Assembly: GCA_051294905.1 (NCBI GenBank)
Contig: CM119379.1
Coordinates: 20,274,001 to 20,338,000, forward strand
Length of the DNA: 64,000 nucleotides
Source: Botryllus schlosseri
Lineage: Eukaryota
Direction of reading: 5' to 3'
The notes beneath the pieces are model-generated. The model did no database searches. It saw only the letters and a program-made list of their open reading frames with translations, and was not told the origin of the DNA. Numbering within the stretch: position 1 is the first letter of the stretch; every line of letters begins with the position of its first letter. Below, one piece after another: positions 61,601 through 64,000 of the stretch. Both the position numbers and the translations under genes were made by a program.

Positions 61601-64000
61601 CCTGGCAGTGTCCAACAACCGAGCCCTACGTGTGGCTCAAACCATTCTGGAGACCCGGCAACACCGCTAACCCCACAGTCGTACAATGCTGGCACCCCCA
61701 TATATTATAAGCCCGCCACACCTGGGGCGAACGCGTCAGTTCAACAACATACAAGAACTCCAGGATACATGGATATGCATCATTCTCCGCAGGTATTTTG
61801 CAATTATTCAGCCGTAAGTTAACCTTAGGAACGATGAATTTCAAGATTACTTTGAAGCTGCCATTCTTACTTGAGACTGATTTCCTGTGCATTGTGATAT
61901 TTATTTCCCTCAAACCCATGTAAGATTTCTAAGATATTTCGCCCCTCCACGTGTTTAATAAATCACGGTAATGGTAAACATAGGTCCTTGTTTAATATTA
62001 GGCATATTTTTTCACTTTTTAACAGATTCAACAAGTTGTAAGCCCGAAAACGTTTCCTACTACACAGCATTCTGTTGTCGGATTTCAATCTCAACCACCT
62101 TCGCAGCGTATGATGGCATCGAACGAAGCTTTGAACGAATTGCCTACACCAATTAAAGATGCCTTGAACCCTATCAACGATATCGGCTCATTTCACAATC
62201 CAAACGCTGATATTGATCCAGAATGTCTGTGGGGTCCTGAGTCTGCTGTTATGTCGCCAAACTCGTTGTTTGTAAGCACTACTTCAGCTCAATCCTCATC
62301 GAATCTGCCTTTGATAACTCCCGACCAAAATATTGGATTTGGATATTCGACTGATGTGTATGGCACAGGCTTCGCTTCATATCCGAATCGGTTTCAACCA
62401 CGAGATGAATTGCCGTGCGAAGAGTCGTTAACAGAGAAGCAAAACGCCATTCTGGAACAACTTTCGTCCAGCGGCATGAAAAAAGCAGGGGCACAAACAA
62501 TGCAGCAGCCCTCTGTTTTGGGACAGACTGGGAATAAATCGGATCAATTTGGGGTGCAGCCGAGCTCCGGCACGTCCACAATTGACTTGATGAATAAAGC
62601 CACCAATGCCGGACATGCCACTGTGGAAAAGGTTTGACTGTTTTTAGTCATAAATATGTTTTCTTGTTTATCCCAGCCCATATGAATTACGAACCAACTG
62701 AAGCAGCTTAATGATATTTTCTTGGGTGAAGCAGTAGTGTCACCAACTAGGCAGGTTCGTTACAATCAGGATAGATTTCATCGTCCTGGCACATATATTG
62801 TTTAGCTACTTCAATAACTTCAACAAAACCCGGGGCTTGGTGTTATTTTCAGATTTGACATTCCACTAGTATTTTTTCGTGACCTGCTGGCTGCATTTGT
62901 TCGAGTGTAACAATTCATTTATTCAGCTTTCATGAAAAAAATTTGTCATTCTGTTAGGGATAGTTCCCTTCCCTGATTTGGGAGGCCATAAGCCATCAGC
63001 GTATAATGTGAATACGGTATATATTTTCAGCTGCTGGGGTCTCAATATGAAGCCATCAGCCCTGTCAGCGATCCCTCTATGTCACCGGCCAGTAAATCGA
63101 ATCTCCCCGATGAGTTGGCGGACGCTATATTTGCACCGTGAGTACTATCAAATAAATCATATGCTGTATAATGATTCCGTTCACTCCGTATCTTTACAGA
63201 CCCAAATTTACCTCTCCCACCGATCTGCCATCTCATCCGCAAGATCAGAGACCGCCCACCTCCAACCAACCTGATCCCGTACTGATGTACGTGACAAAGG
63301 ACGGCAATCCTAGCAGTCAAGACGATCTGTCAAATTTATTGGCGAACGATAATGTACCGGATCTAATACACTACTCTGAAACTGGGTGGCCATCTCAGCC
63401 GAGCGTTCCCAAGACATCTATCACTACTTCCCAAATGCAGCCCATCTCAACTGCATCTAATCACCCGACAACTGCAAATGTATCACTACAAGAACCTCCT
63501 AGCTTCAATCAATGGAATGCTAATATGAATATTCTGACGCCTAATTTTGGCATGATGGGAAACTCTCAGCAAAGTAGTCGTAGTTTGATGGGTGCGTCGA
63601 ATTTGTCATCCGTGTCTGATATGATTCCCGCTCATAGCGTAACAACATCTCAAAATGTCACTTCTCGTAGCCAGGTGGTAGCCACAAAAGATCGGAAACC
63701 GTTTGGCGTGACTCGGCACAAGTCTGGCACTGACCGAGGAAAGACCACCGCTAAAAGTGGCACGGTGGGCGGCTCGTCTGATCCCACATTTGGTTTTGAA
63801 TCCGACGACGAGGCCGAGTCCATATGTTTAAATAAAGTAACACCCGTAACCACTGGCAAAAAAGCCCCGAAACAGCCCCAGTTGAATTCCTCGGCCGCAA
63901 AATCTCGCATGGCATTTTCCATTCCTGCAAGCGATGACTTGAGACAGCAGATGGAAACTGTAAAACAATTGCAGCAACAGCAATTGAGACTACAGCAAAT
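58676..64000 (+). CDS. Unidentified multi-exon protein, low-complexity Q/S/P/N-rich, probably intrinsically disordered; 3' incomplete
   Basis: Phase-consistent GT-AG exons 58663-58886, 59602-60072, 61473-61792, 62026-62631, possibly ~62708-62754, 63031-63138 and 63199 to the end (open frame through QQLQQQQLRLQQ). No domain recognised. Confidence 0.75.
60241..60661. mobile_element. MITE with GGCAAGTTTTTGT termini, nested in a GACTCC-rich repeat
   Basis: TACTGGCAAGTTTTTGT / ACAAAAACTTGCCCTA, possible TSD CTTATGAC / CTTAGTAC, many GCAACTTTT repeats, and a shared internal core at 60440-60540. Confidence 0.7.

Overview
Eukaryotic, AT-rich invertebrate genomic DNA with many 52-70 nt introns, possibly an ascidian (inference only). 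Six protein genes are visible. A multi-exon SGSM1/2-like RUN-PH-TBC gene (minus strand, 3' end off-window) is head-to-head with a ~30-exon TRPM1/3/6/7-class channel (plus strand, no kinase); their ATGs are 185 bp apart. Next comes a tight minus-strand trio that looks like a trans-spliced operon: intronless Artemis/DCLRE1C, intronless CWC27 and multi-exon SNAPC3. An unidentified Q/S/P/N-rich gene runs off the right edge. Introns and the 46-57 kb intergenic block are full of hAT MITEs (several with 8-bp TSDs), pogo- and Kolobok-like ends, CR1/L2-group LINE 3' fragments and tRNA-derived SINEs. Best leads: (1) a minimal Penelope-type hammerhead ribozyme motif followed by AATAAA, in sense orientation in the TRPM intron between S4 and S5; (2) the candidate DCLRE1C-CWC27-SNAPC3 operon; (3) a 2.5-kb composite hAT unit with a perfect TSD that carries a LINE RT fragment; (4) a dual-frame first TRPM exon with a GC donor. 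All exon models were assembled by eye, and reference protein motifs are recalled from memory, not searched.
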